Shown: positions 10,611-23,975 of the stretch, one piece after another
Layout: each line of letters begins with the position of its first letter
Position numbering within the stretch: the first letter of the stretch is position 1
NCBI GenBank assembly: GCA_963514005.1
Contig: OY740783.1
Location: 133,486,001 to 133,550,000 of the forward strand
Source of the DNA: Raja brachyura
Taxonomy: Eukaryota
Direction: 5' to 3'
Length of the DNA: 64,000 nucleotides
Program-made: the position numbers and the translations under genes
The notes under the pieces: generated by a model
The model's database searches: none
What the model saw: the letters and a program-made list of their open reading frames with translations, nothing else
Told to the model about the DNA's origin: nothing

Positions 10611-11835
10611 CTTTATAATATGCATGCATCATGCTGGAATCATGAGTGCTTCAACGATGCGACATGTAATCATCCGAAGCTCCAAGTAGAATGAGAAGAA
10701 AATTGTTGGAATGGATACCGTGCTAATGTTGTAATTGTAATTATAATTAATCTAGGTGCCAAGTATTTAAAAACATACAAGGAATTTGATTCGTGGAGAT
10801 CGAAGCTCCAACGATCGGAGCGGCTAAAGACTCCTGCGATTGGAGCTACTGAAGTCAATCCCCAAACAAGGAATCGCAAGATCCACGGTGTTAAGTCCGC
10901 AGGCTCCCGCGTTAGAGCTCCTGAAGTCGATCCCCAGCAAAGGGACTGCCAGCTTCACGTTGTTTGGCTGCAGTGAGGACGGAGATACGATACGGAAAAA
11001 GTCGCATCTCTGTCGGGGAAAGAGATAAAATAAAGTTTCCCCACCCCGGCACATAATACAAAACTATAAATACACTAAAACATGTATTTAACTACAGACT
11101 GAAAACACCAAAATAAGAAAAGGACGGGACAGACTGTTGGCGAGGTTGCCATCTACGGCGACACCCGGTAAATACAGTCACCTGCACAAATTGAGCTATA
11201 TAAATGATTGGGAAAACAGTGCAGAGTGAAGGGGAAAATGTTACTTGGATATGTTCGAATTGTACTGTTTTGAGTTGGATCCTTGGACATCAAAAGAGTA
11301 ACCTTTCTTCCCCATTGCCGTCACGTTCAGTTGATGTTTAACCCTATGCGGTATGACATTACGGAATGGTGCTCAACAGCAGCAAGGGAATTATTCAAAT
11401 ATTTGCCAAGGGAGCAGTTGTTGGCAAAGGGGTAAAAACACAATGTGACTGAAGGGGACCTATGAAGATAATGGAAGCTGGATACGCCATAGAGCTATCC
11501 ACGATTAATATGCTAGATGTGGTTGGATGAGTAATACACCATAGGAACCGTTGAGAAAGAAGATACAGAGAGTGTCAGTACTGGGATTTAAAGATGCCGA
11601 GACACTTAATAAGGTAGGGGAGATAGCAACAGGGTGACATTCTAATCTTAGCCAACCACCAAGTCTCCAATTGGACATCAAATCAACAACGTAAACAATG
11701 GAGTCAGGACATGCAACCTGATTGTCACCTAAAACCGCTAAAACCGAGTCAAGTGGATCAGATCTGCCAGGATACTAAGGGAACATCAAATATTGGAGTA
11801 GTTCTCCATGGTTCACACCAGCTGAAGAATAATGC
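10611..11835 (+). pseudogene. Decayed env-position ORF of the ERV with an Ig-like domain; copy 1
   Basis: Branch-like ACTAAC/ACTGAC plus TTTATTTTTGTTTTTGCAG (AG at 10609-10610) lies just after the pol stop. It is followed by hydrophobic NVVIVIIINLG, then QSEGENVTWICSNC...LSW (11222-11278) and TYEDNGSWI(R) (11458-11487) in a shifted frame. Confidence 0.45.
10795..11170 (-). mobile_element. Non-autonomous retroelement fragment inserted in the ERV; second copy at 17733-18108
   Basis: Shares GATCGAAGCTCC, GTCGATCCCC and AAAAAGTCGC motifs with 5520-5900. Confidence 0.5.
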
Positions 11836-11837
11836 TT

Positions 11838-12575
11838 TTAGAAACATAGAAACATAGAAACATAGTAAATAGGTGCAGTAGGAGGCCATTCGGCCCTTTG
11901 AGCCAGCACCGGCATTTATTGTGTTCATGGCTGAACGTCCCCAATTAGTAACCCGTGCCTGCCGTCTCCCCATATCCCTTGATTCCACTAGCCCCTAGAG
12001 CTCTATCTAACTATGTCTTAAACCCATCCAGCGATTTGGCATCCACTGCCCTCTGTGGCAGGAAATTCCACAAATTCATAACTCTCTGGGTGAAAACGTT
12101 TTTTCTCACCTCAGTCTTAAATGGCCTCACATTTATTCTAAGACTGTGGCCCCTGGTTCTGTACTGGCCCAACATTGCGAACATTTTTCCAGCATTTAGC
12201 TTGTCCAGTCCTTTTATAAGTGCATACATTTCTATAAGATCCCCCCTCATCGGTCTAAACTCTAGTGAATACAAACCTAGTACTTTCAATCTTTCCTCAT
12301 ATAACAGTCCCACCATCCCAGGAATCAATCTCGTGAACCTACGATGCACTACCTCAATCACACGGATGTCCTTCCTCAAATTAGGAGACCAAAACTGTAC
12401 ACAATACTCCAGATGCGGTCTTACCAGAGCCCTATACAACTGCAGAAGAAGCTCTACACTCCTACACTAAAGTCGTTTTGTTATGAAGGCCAACATTCCA
12501 TTAGCATTCTTCACTGCCTGCTGTACCTGCACGACAACTTTCAGTGACTGGTGTGCAAGGAAACCCAGGTCTCGT
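11838..12575 (-). mobile_element. CR1 LINE 3' fragment; second copy at 18776-19513
   Basis: YRALVRPHLEYCVQFWSP...RVMNLWN; (TTTCTATG)n tail on the minus strand. Confidence 0.93.
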
Positions 12576-12579
12576 GTGT

Positions 12580-14521
12580 AATAGCGCGGGCCTATGGGAC
12601 AAGCCACACCAGCAGTGCCTGACAGGGCTGCTTCATGTATTAAGATGCCGGCCATCGGGAGAGCCGCGCCAGTAGCGCCTGATACAGGGCTGTTTCATTT
12701 GTGACATTGCCGGCCTTTGGGAGAACCACGCCAGCAGCGCCTGGGACAGGGCTGTTTCATGTCAAAAAGCGCTGGCCTCTACGAGAGGCGGCGCCAGCAA
12801 TGCCTGGGGCAGGGTTGCTCAATTTCACACACAAGTCTGCTATGCCCTCGGAGTCGGGAGATGATTCTCCACCGGGGCTGGATAGCAAGTCCCACGGAGT
12901 CGGGGGATGATTCCTCACTGGGGCGGGTTAGTACGTTTGAAACGACTATCCCAAATGCAGCAACTGTTGGATACAGTGCTATAGCAGGGCACACACCAAC
13001 AGGAGGAGTGTCAGCACCACCCTGAACAAAAAGGCGCCAGCAGTATCTAGTAGAGAACTGTTGATATCACCTTCATAGATGAGGATTAGTTCTGACACTG
13101 ACTGATGGTAAGGTTGAGACAAAAGTTCCACCTCTGCAGGCTGCACCAGCAGCTCCATTTGACAGAGCTGCTACAGGTCTCTCTCTTGGAGGGAGAGACC
13201 AAGACGGGTCAGTATCCTGCTGTTACTGAGTCTCAGGGTATGGTTGTGGGGCATACCCTCAGGGATGAAGGGCACGTGTCAGAGGTAACTTTTTTCCTGA
13301 CAACAAAGTTGCCATCCCAGCAGTATATTCTATCCAGGTATAGGTCCAATGGGTTCATATCAGTATAGGTATCCTGCAGCCTGCGGCAGCGCCTGTTTAC
13401 GTCTGCCTACGAATCACCCTCTCTGAGGAGGGAAGAGCAAAAGGTCAAGATATAACTGACTCCAGGCTCTAAATAAGTCAATAGAACATACTGGAGCACA
13501 TATGTGCCTGCAGTGAACAGCGCCAACAGGGCGATATGAGAGCCAGCCGCCGAATCTGTTATTCAGGTAGGCCTATTCAACAGGGGAAGAAACCTGGTAG
13601 ACGAATCAATTGAGGCCAATGACGGGCAAAGGTCATCGTTTCAGAACGCAGCCCAGGCGCTCATCGGCAGTAGGCGGTTCACTGGAGCTGGGGGCAGCAT
13701 TGTAGCTCAGAAATTCCATGCACTTTACCAACCCTACTCAACAAAGTGGGTCTAGCATTTCCAAAACATGGGTAAGTGCACTGTTCACAAGTTGTAATAT
13801 TTACATCTGGTTGAGGCATAGTCGTAGCATTCCAAGCAAGTTTGGATAATGGCCAGGGTTATTTGATAATGTTAAGGTTCCGAAATCAGGCCAACGTTCT
13901 CATGCAAACCACCCATGGAATAAGGCAGGAGTGGCATGTTTATTATGAAAAGTGGAGAGTGTCGGGCACAGTTTATCCCATCAGTGTCGGGATGGGATAA
14001 ACTGTTCGTTGGTCATTGGGATTTACCTTTAGTTATTAATTAGCCTATGATTCCGCCCTGTGGCAAGAGATTGGACTTAATAGCAACCTGTTGTAAAACT
14101 GACTTTTATTTCATCAAGAGTAATTGGCAATATAGTAGCTGTGTTTCAGCTGAGCAAATCAAGGAACTGATATCGTGCAAAGTAGCAACCTCTCAAAGGA
14201 CAGTTAGACCATTGGTAACAACCTTATGCGATTGTCAGCTGAAGCTACCTCAGTCACAATGATGAAAAATCAGTATTTAGCACTGCTGAACATGACAGGA
14301 AACTCATTTGAACTTCAATTTGAACTTGAACTCGCTCCAGTAGTTTGTTCCATCGAATTCAATTATTACAAACTGATGCTTATGAAAGTATGGTTCAATT
14401 CTACATCGAATATCGACATGTTGGTGCATATTTATTCACTGATTGCAAAAATATGTGGCACAACAGTGCGGAGAAATACATTCTCGCTACAAAAGGAGGA
14501 ATGTTCTTTTATGTCTTCCTT
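12580..14521 (+). mobile_element. DIRS retrotransposon partial duplicate (gag repeats to RNase H/MT remnant)
   Basis: Copy-1 counterpart of 19518-21459, cut at the duplication junction. Confidence 0.7.
12585..12820 (+). repeat. ~60-bp tandem repeat x4 in DIRS gag region; second copy at 19523-19758
   Basis: Recurring CCAGCAGCGCCTG(G)GACAGGGCTGTTTCAT unit. Confidence 0.8.
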
Positions 14522-16207
14522 TTCTACAATGTTTTACATCGCAAAAATTGACAACTTTTGCGGTTTTTAACAGATAAGAACGTATGTGTTGTTTATGTTA
14601 CAATCTATGCCGGAAGCTCCCTTGCACTCCAGAAGGATTGAGCTACTCCGTGCATCAGGCCCTTTGACCTGATGATCTTACGTTCAACCACCCTATAGAA
14701 ATGATATACTGTCACAAAGTTTGTGTTACACCATGTACTACCACGGCGCGGCGAATTAGACATCCTCCTCGTTTGCCTGATACATCCGTCTCTGGTGCGA
14801 TAGACATGTCTGGTGCAGATAGGCATCAGTCACTGCGGCGGTGAGACATGTGGTGCGATATACATCAGCCTCTGGTGCTGCGTGACATCAGCTCCTGGTG
14901 CGGATAAGCATCAACGTCTGGTGCTGGGGACATCTGACTCTGGTGCGGTGAGACATCAGCTTCTAATGCAGTGAGGCAGGCATGAGGGTAGCTTGTGTTG
15001 GTGGGAAACTTCAAGGTGTTTTGAAATAGTATAAAGTACCTGTAGGGCACTCGATATGCTGAGGGTGGCTACAGTTGTGAAAGGTGCTAACATCCAATAC
15101 GGGCCCGATGGACAGACAGTATTACCTATAATTGACTGCAACAAAAAGTAATCCGGTAATAAGGAGAGAAGTTATGTGATCCGGAGTACTCCTCGCTGAG
15201 GACAAAGCCAGGTGGCAGGGACAAGATAGGGGTAAATTAAAATAGAGTAATTATACTCACAGGCATGGCAAAAAACCTGCTATAAAAGTTAAAAATAACA
15301 CAATTAGAGTGTGCAGAGCAGGAAGAACAAAACACATTTGCGGGGGAAAGGTGGCGATGTGTCGCCTACCGCCCCGCCGATCGACGGTGATGACATTGAC
15401 GGAAAAAGTAGGCAATGAGATGTCTGTAGATGGACACAATGAGGATTAAGGACTATCCCTGCCATAGAACATAGAGATAAAGAAATTAGCTGCTGTCCCA
15501 GTAGCTCTGATTCAGACAGTTGTCAGTATGATTAGGGGCAAATTACCTGCATGATAGGGCATATGGCCAACCGGGATGTTATAAGTATGCAAATGTTTGT
15601 GAGAGTCAGCAGATTGCATGTGTTGTGGCAACTCGCTAGTTATTTTTTATTGGTATGAAAGGAGGTGAGAGTGTAAATATTGTTAAATTGTTTATTAGTT
15701 TTTTCTGGGGAAATGTTGAATTAATCGTATAGTCCAGATGGAATAGGATTCTGGGGTACACAAAATGCTGGAGAATCTCAGCGGGTGCAGCAGCATCTAT
15801 GGAGCGAAGGAGATAGGCATCGTTTCGGGCCGAAACACTTCTTTAGACTAGGATTCGGCTCCTCAATGTGAAATATATTAGTTGAATCTCATGTGTCTTT
15901 ATAGGGTAGTGTCCCTTTAGCACTTTGTGAGATGGGGCCTCTCCACCCCATTCATCTTTTAGCGTTTGGACATTTGTTAGATGCTTTCAATGTGGAAATT
16001 AACTGTTTATTCTTTGTTTTCTAACAAATGTTTTCATGAAGAAGGTGTGCAAAGTTGCAGTTTTGTTTTGTCTTGTCCGTTTGTTTTGTTCCTAATTTGT
16101 TCATATTTAATTGATTTAAACGAGGCATCCAAATACCATACTGCCATGGCTTCTAGGCTGCACCGGTGTGTCCAAGCACCTGAGTGCAACCTGACTCAGT
16201 TGAAGTT

Positions 16208-17491
16208 CAGAACTTTACTGATGCATATAATTCCACATGGTCATCGTAATATGGTGCAACCTTTCCCGGCAGGGAAGCTAAAGGCAGTATCAGATAATCG
16301 ACGTGAGAGTAGATGGGATAGTGTATCATTGCCAGCGGATAATCATGTACAGATATTCAAAGACAATGTGTTGAAAACAGCCACAATTATGGTGAATGAA
16401 GGAAAAGAGCATGATGCATTGAAGTAGAAGCAGAAGAAGATGGGAGGATTGTAGGTGTAACTTTAGAGCGGTCAGTTGTACAAACATTTATGTAGACGGA
16501 TCAAGGAAATATTATAATGGTACCCATGGAAAGCATGCGCAGTGGTAGATAGTGAAGGAAACATGTTGAAAGGGGAGCAGATTCAGGGGACAAGATCAGT
16601 ACATGTAGCAGAATTAGTAGCCTTGACAGAGGCCCTGAAGTTAGGAAAATGAAAGTGAATATTTATACCGCCAGCAGATATGACTTTCAGGTTGTACATG
16701 GTTACTGTATCTGATGGAATGTTTACGAAAGCGATATAAAATGTATTGTTTAGTTCTAACTGACCGCTTTATCCGCTGGGTCGTGGCATTCTCATGTCGG
16801 GATTGTACCTCCGGAACCGTGACACGAATTCTGACTGAAGAAATATCACCTAGATGGGGGATAACACTTCAGATATGCTCTGATCAGGAAACACATTTAA
16901 CTGGAAGGTAATGCAGGGGGTATGTGCTTTGTTAGGAGTTTACCAGCAATTTTACACTCCCCAACATCCAGAGTTCTGGAATTGTGGAGTGAACAAACAG
17001 AACACAAAAGAACAGTCTGACTAAAGCTTTGACAAAGAATGGATAGGGATGGATTAAGGTACTCTCAGTCATTCGACTGAAGTTCAAAGCAGCCCCAGCG
17101 AGATGGAACAGGTTAATACATGTGAGCTGATGACAGTGAGTTATGAATATACTGAAGATGTAAAAACGCCCGGAGCAGAGGTTTGTAACGGAAAAGGAAA
17201 TGCTATCGGATGCATCCAAGAGTTAGTAAAACATTACATGCACTTAAGACTTAGTTAATTGATCAGTAGACGATCAAATATGCGAAAAGGTGAAAATAAG
17301 CAGTGAAGCTAATATGTTGATGGACGGAGATTAGGTAATGGTTAGAATTCTTCCGGAAACAGCTGGTCTCCAGCCCCGTTGCGTGGGACAACATTAGTGT
17401 TAAAGTGGCAGGAGAAACATGAGTCCTAGTGGGCATGAAAGGAACTGCTAAATGGAAACATTGGACTCAGTTGAAACAGTAGACGCCATAA
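16208..17491 (+). mobile_element. ERV pol remnant; copy 2
   Basis: +6938 duplicate of 9270-10553. Confidence 0.85.
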
Positions 17492-17548
17492 AGGAATAAT
17501 TTAACGAACATAACTGACAATGGCCTGCATTTATTTTTGTTTTTGCAG

Positions 17549-18773
17549 CTTTATAATATGCATGCATCAGGCTGGATTCATGAGTGCTTCAACGATGCGA
17601 CATGTAATCATCCGAAGCTCCAAGTAGAATGAGAAGAAAATTGTTGGAATGGATACCGTGCTAATGTTGTAATTGTAATTATAATTAATCTAGGTGCCAA
17701 GTATTTAAAAACATACAAGGAATTTGATTCGTGGAGATCGAAGCTCCAACGATCGGAGCGGCTAAAGACTCCTGCGATTGGAGCTACTGAAGTCAATCCC
17801 CAAACAAGGAATCGCAAGATCCACGGTGTTAAGTCCGCAGGCTCCCGCGTTAGAGCTCCTGAAGTCGATCCCCAGCAAAGGGACTGCCAGCTTCACGTTG
17901 TTTGGCTGCAGTGAGGACGGAGATACGATACGGAAAAAGTCGCATCTCTGTCGGGGAAAGAGATAAAATAAAGTTTCCCCACCCCGGCACATAATACAAA
18001 ACTATAAATACACTAAAACATGTATTTAACTACAGACTGAAAACACCAAAATAAGAAAAGGACGGGACAGACTGTTGGCGAGGTTGCCATCTACGGCGAC
18101 ACCCGGTAAATACAGTCACCTGCACAAATTGAGCTATATAAATGATTGGGAAAACAGTGCAGAGTGAAGTGGAAAATGTTACTTGGATATGTTCGAATTG
18201 TACTGTTTTGAGTTGGATCCTTGGACATCAAAAGAGTAACCTTTCTTCCCCATTGCCGTCACGTTCAGTTGATGTTTAACCCTATGCGGTATGACATTAC
18301 GGAATGGTGCTCAACAGCAGCAAGGGAATTATTCAAATATTTGCCAAGGGAGCAGTTGTTGGCAAAGGGGTAAAAACACAATGTGACTGAAGGGGACCTA
18401 TGAAGATAATGGAAGCTGGATACGCCATAGAGCTATCCACGATTAATATGCTAGATGTGGTTGGATGAGTAATACACCATAGGAACCGTTGAGAAAGAAG
18501 ATACAGAGAGTGTCAGTACTGGGATTTAAAGATGCCGAGACACTTAATAAGGTAGGGGAGATAGCAACAGGGTGACATTCTAATCTTAGCCAACCACCAA
18601 GTCTCCAATTGGACATCAAATCAACAACGTAAACAATGGAGTCAGGACATGCAACCTGATTGTCACCTAAAACCGCTAAAACCGAGTCAAGTGGATCAGA
18701 TCTGCCAGGATACTAAGGGAACATCAAATATTGGAGTAGTTCTCCATGGTTCACACCAGCTGAAGAATAATGC
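17549..18773 (+). pseudogene. Decayed env-position Ig-like ORF; copy 2
   Basis: +6938 duplicate of 10611-11835 (EGENVT reads EVENVT here). Confidence 0.45.
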
Positions 18774-21700
18774 TTTTAGAAACATAGAAACATAGAAACA
18801 TAGTAAATAGGTGCAGTAGGAGGCCATTCGGCCCTTTGAGCCAGCACCGGCATTTATTGTGTTCATGGCTGAACGTCCCCAATTAGTAACCCGTGCCTGC
18901 CGTCTCCCCATATCCCTTGATTCCACTAGCCCCTAGAGCTCTATCTAACTATGTCTTAAACCCATCCAGCGATTTGGCATCCACTGCCCTCTGTGGCAGG
19001 AAATTCCACAAATTCATAACTCTCTGGGTGAAAACGTTTTTTCTCACCTCAGTCTTAAATGGCCTCACATTTATTCTAAGACTGTGGCCCCTGGTTCTGT
19101 ACTGGCCCAACATTGCGAACATTTTTCCAGCATTTAGCTTGTCCAGTCCTTTTATAAGTGCATACATTTCTATAAGATCCCCCCTCATCGGTCTAAACTC
19201 TAGTGAATACAAACCTAGTACTTTCAATCTTTCCTCATATAACAGTCCCACCATCCCAGGAATCAATCTCGTGAACCTACGATGCACTACCTCAATCACA
19301 CGGATGTCCTTCCTCAAATTAGGAGACCAAAACTGTACACAATACTCCAGATGCGGTCTTACCAGAGCCCTATACAACTGCAGAAGAAGCTCTACACTCC
19401 TACACTAAAGTCGTTTTGTTATGAAGGCCAACATTCCATTAGCATTCTTCACTGCCTGCTGTACCTGCACGACAACTTTCAGTGACTGGTGTGCAAGGAA
19501 ACCCAGGTCTCGTGTGTAATAGCGCGGGCCTATGGGACAAGCCACACCAGCAGTGCCTGACAGGGCTGCTTCATGTATTAAGATGCCGGCCATCGGGAGA
19601 GCCGCGCCAGTAGCGCCTGATACAGGGCTGTTTCATTTGTGACATTGCCGGCCTTTGGGAGAACCACGCCAGCAGCGCCTGGGACAGGGCTGTTTCATGT
19701 CAAAAAGCGCTGGCCTCTACGAGAGGCGGCGCCAGCAATGCCTGGGGCAGGGTTGCTCAATTTCACACACAAGTCTGCTATGCCCTCGGAGTCGGGAGAT
19801 GATTCTCCACCGGGGCTGGATAGCAAGTCCCACGGAGTCGGGGGATGATTCCTCACTGGGGCGGGTTAGTACGTTTGAAACGACTATCCCAAATGCAGCA
19901 ACTGTTGGATACAGTGCTATAGCAGGGCACACACCAACAGGAGGAGTGTCAGCACCACCCTGAACAAAAAGGCGCCAGCAGTATCTAGTAGAGAACTGTT
20001 GATATCACCTTCATAGATGAGGATTAGTTCTGACACTGACTGATGGTAAGGTTGAGACAAAAGTTCCACCTCTGCAGGCTGCACCAGCAGCTCCATTTGA
20101 CAGAGCTGCTACAGGTCTCTCTCTTGGAGGGAGAGACCAAGACGGGTCAGTATCCTGCTGTTACTGAGTCTCAGGGTATGGTTGTGGGGCATACCCTCAG
20201 GGATGAAGGGCACGTGTCAGAGGTAACTTTTTTCCTGACAACAAAGTTGCCATCCCAGCAGTATATTCTATCCAGGTATAGGTCCAATGGGTTCATATCA
20301 GTATAGGTATCCTGCAGCCTGCGGCAGCGCCTGTTTACGTCTGCCTACGAATCACCCTCTCTGAGGAGGGAAGAGCAAAAGGTCAAGATATAACTGACTC
20401 CAGGCTCTAAATAAGTCAATAGAACATACTGGAGCACATATGTGCCTGCAGTGAACAGCGCCAACAGGGCGATATGAGAGCCAGCCGCCGAATCTGTTAT
20501 TCAGGTAGGCCTATTCAACAGGGGAAGAAACCTGGTAGACGAATCAATTGAGGCCAATGACGGGCAAAGGTCATCGTTTCAGAACGCAGCCCAGGCGCTC
20601 ATCGGCAGTAGGCGGTTCACTGGAGCTGGGGGCAGCATTGTAGCTCAGAAATTCCATGCACTTTACCAACCCTACTCAACAAAGTGGGTCTAGCATTTCC
20701 AAAACATGGGTAAGTGCACTGTTCACAAGTTGTAATATTTACATCTGGTTGAGGCATAGTCGTAGCATTCCAAGCAAGTTTGGATAATGGCCAGGGTTAT
20801 TTGATAATGTTAAGGTTCCGAAATCAGGCCAACGTTCTCATGCAAACCACCCATGGAATAAGGCAGGAGTGGCATGTTTATTATGAAAAGTGGAGAGTGT
20901 CGGGCACAGTTTATCCCATCAGTGTCGGGATGGGATAAACTGTTCGTTGGTCATTGGGATTTACCTTTAGTTATTAATTAGCCTATGATTCCGCCCTGTG
21001 GCAAGAGATTGGACTTAATAGCAACCTGTTGTAAAACTGACTTTTATTTCATCAAGAGTAATTGGCAATATAGTAGCTGTGTTTCAGCTGAGCAAATCAA
21101 GGAACTGATATCGTGCAAAGTAGCAACCTCTCAAAGGACAGTTAGACCATTGGTAACAACCTTATGCGATTGTCAGCTGAAGCTACCTCAGTCACAATGA
21201 TGAAAAATCAGTATTTAGCACTGCTGAACATGACAGGAAACTCATTTGAACTTCAATTTCAACTTGAACTCGCTCCAGTAGTTTGTTCCATCGAATTCAG
21301 TTATTACAAACTGATGCTTATGAAAGTATGGTTCAATTCTACATCGAATATCGACAAGTTGGTGCATGTTTATTCACTGATTGCAAAAATATGTGGCACA
21401 ACAGTGCGGAGAAATACATTCTCGCTACAAAAGGAGGAATGTTCTTTTATGTCTTCCTTCATTTTTGCCTTATTAGACGGGTGTTAAAACAGTCAGCAAG
21501 ACCTCGCTTGGGTTTGTACTGTCGGACTGACCAAGCAGCCATGTCACCTGTTTCATCAGGCATAATAATACAACGGTATACGGTTATTCCAAAAAAAACA
21601 AAACCTTGCTGGTTCAAACTGTGGTTCAGGAGACCGGCCTTTGCATAATAAAACATTTATTGACTTACACGTTTTGAATGGATTGACTTATGGCTCAGGT

Positions 21701-23047
21701 TGTCACATCAAGCCATGAATTTGCTCATTGCAGAGTGCAGGGATAGCACCCAAAAACAGTACATTCCTATTGAGGGGATCGGAAGTTATTTCGTTTAAAT
21801 GTTAATGTTACATTAATACGGTACAGATTACTGACATCTTCTAGTTCATTCTTAAATGGTATTTGGCAATAATTCAGTTATAGAGACACTACAGCTGCAA
21901 CAAACAGGAACGACTCTGTCAGGTTCAACCCGGATATCGAGTTGTTAAAGAGATCTTGACACAAGTTATCCTACTATATGAATATGCAGTTGGTTATTGA
22001 AAATGTGTGAACATTACGTCACGAAGGGGTTCCAGCTACACCCTTAGTTATGACAATAATATCAGCACAATGAAGGCAAACATTGCAAATGCTGTGGCTA
22101 GATAGGATGGAATTGGCTGCAGGTGCCATTACATTTCACATTCTGATCTACACAAGCAGAGCAGACCAGGGGTGGCATGATTTAAGATCATTTTTCGGAT
22201 ACCCCACGGTCTCACATCTATGTGGGAGGGCAGGCTTGCTATATTATATCAGGGCCACCAGAATCCTAAGAAGTGTGGAATCAGCATTGTTTATTAATCA
22301 ACAAACAACTACACAAAGATAGGTTGGTTCAGACTATTTCAAGGTGGCAGAAGCTGATTCTGGGTTATGCAGGAAAGGAAACTGACGATTGCATATCTCA
22401 TTCCCCCAGGTCAGCATCAACGTCAGCGGCCAGGACAATGGACATGCCCATCGACCGCAGGATGGCCAACTAAATTGATTTTTTTTTAAATTCCATAGGC
22501 CGGTTATCGACCCGGGGTTTTGCCCATTTTGTTTTTGTGTCCACTTTAGCCTCCCCTGAGTTACAGAGGTTGCTATTGATTTATTTATTAACATAAACCA
22601 TTAATACATTTGAATCAATATCATGCTTAATGCATTTTGCTTATTCACTCATCCTGAATCAGTCGATGCAGTGGGATGCCGAGATTTCGATCTGCGGCAT
22701 GAAATCACAAAGCTTCGGACACTTCACGGAATCACTCATGTGACTCCGAAGTTAAATAGTACGATTAATGAGCAACAGCAACAAAGAGAAGCAGGAGAAA
22801 GCACTGATTGGCTCTAGCCCAAGTGGGAGGAGAGTTCTCAGTGAGTCAGAGGGGGAAAGCAGTTCCTCAAAACTGAGGAATTTGGTTTGTAAATTAGGCA
22901 ATTGAACAGTCAATATAAGCAAGGCAGCTCTTGGGGAGCGGCAGTGAGGGAAGTGCCCTGTGAGTAAAGTGTGAGTCTTTGGCTCGAGAGTCTTCGGCGA
23001 GGAGGCTGCGCAAAATACTGGATAGGGCGAGACCGAGGCAAAAGAAT

Positions 23048-23975
23048 ATGTCAAGCAAGCTGATGCAGTGTGATGCTTGCAGTATGTGGGAGGTCAAGGA
23101 CACTGCTGGTGCCTCTGGATGCTACAAATGTGAGAAGTGCATCCAGGTACAGCTCCTGAAGGACCGTGTTGGGGAACTGGAGAAACAAGTGGATGACCTC
23201 AGGTTCATTCGAGAAACTGAGTCGTTTCTCGACAAGTCCTTCAGTGAGATTGTTACACCCAAGGCACTAGAAGAGAGAAGGTGGGTGACGGTGAGAAAGG
23301 GAGGAAAACATGGGATGCAAAAGGTCCCCGGGTGTTGTACCTCTTGTGAACAGGTTCACCCACGTGGAAGCTGCCGGGACAGAAGACGGTATCCCACTGA
23401 GCGGCGGACTGGCTTGCCAAACAAAAAGGGCTTATGAGCCAAACCCACAGAGGCCAAAGTCGGGCAACGCCATTGTAGTTGGAGACTCCATTGTGAGAGG
23501 TACGGACAGGGGTTTTTGCGGCAACAGACGGGATTCCAGGATGGTGTGCTGCCTTCCTGGTGCCAGGATCCATGATGTTACGGACAGAGTGCAGACAATC
23601 CTCAAGGGCGAAGGTGACCAGCCGGAAGTGGTCGTGCATGTTGGCACAAATGATGTTGGAAAGAAGGAGATGAATTTTTTGCAGCGGGACTTCAGAGAGC
23701 TCGGAAAAATGCTGAAAAGCAGGACTTCCAGGGTTGTTATCTCCGGTTTGCTTCCAGTTCCTAGTGCTGGCGAGAGCAGGAACAGGGAGATATGGGACCT
23801 GAATGTGTGGCTGAGGAACTGGTGCAGGGGGCAGGGATTTAGATTCTTAGATCACTGGGATTTTTTTTATAGTAAGGGGGAACTGTACAAAAGGGACGGA
23901 TTGCATCTTAACAGGTGGGGGACCAGCATTCTGGCCGGCAGGTTTGCCACTGCTACACGGATGGTTTTAAACTGA
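23048..23975 (+). CDS. CR1 ORF1 (zinc finger/leucine zipper + SGNH esterase) with a single frameshift near 23319-23322
   Basis: MSSKLMQCDACSMWE...CYKCEKC...LKDRVGELEKQVDDLR, then in the next frame VVGDSIVR, HVGTND and RDGLHLN. Removing one A from the AAAA run joins the two frames. Confidence 0.85.

Larger units (their letters stand above)
7584..21459 (+). repeat. Direct tandem duplication, two units of 6938 bp (about 7584-14521 and 14522-21459)
   Basis: ORF coordinates recur at an offset of exactly +6938 (7667/14605, 9043/15981, 12011/18949, 14047/20985). Copy 2 diverges from copy 1 after ATGTCTTCCTT at 21459. Confidence 0.97.

Noticed and set aside
11955-12470. 171-aa ORF and similar ORFs (24259, 24622, 26320, 37346, 41082, 44777)
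   Set aside because: Antisense shadows of CR1 ORF2.
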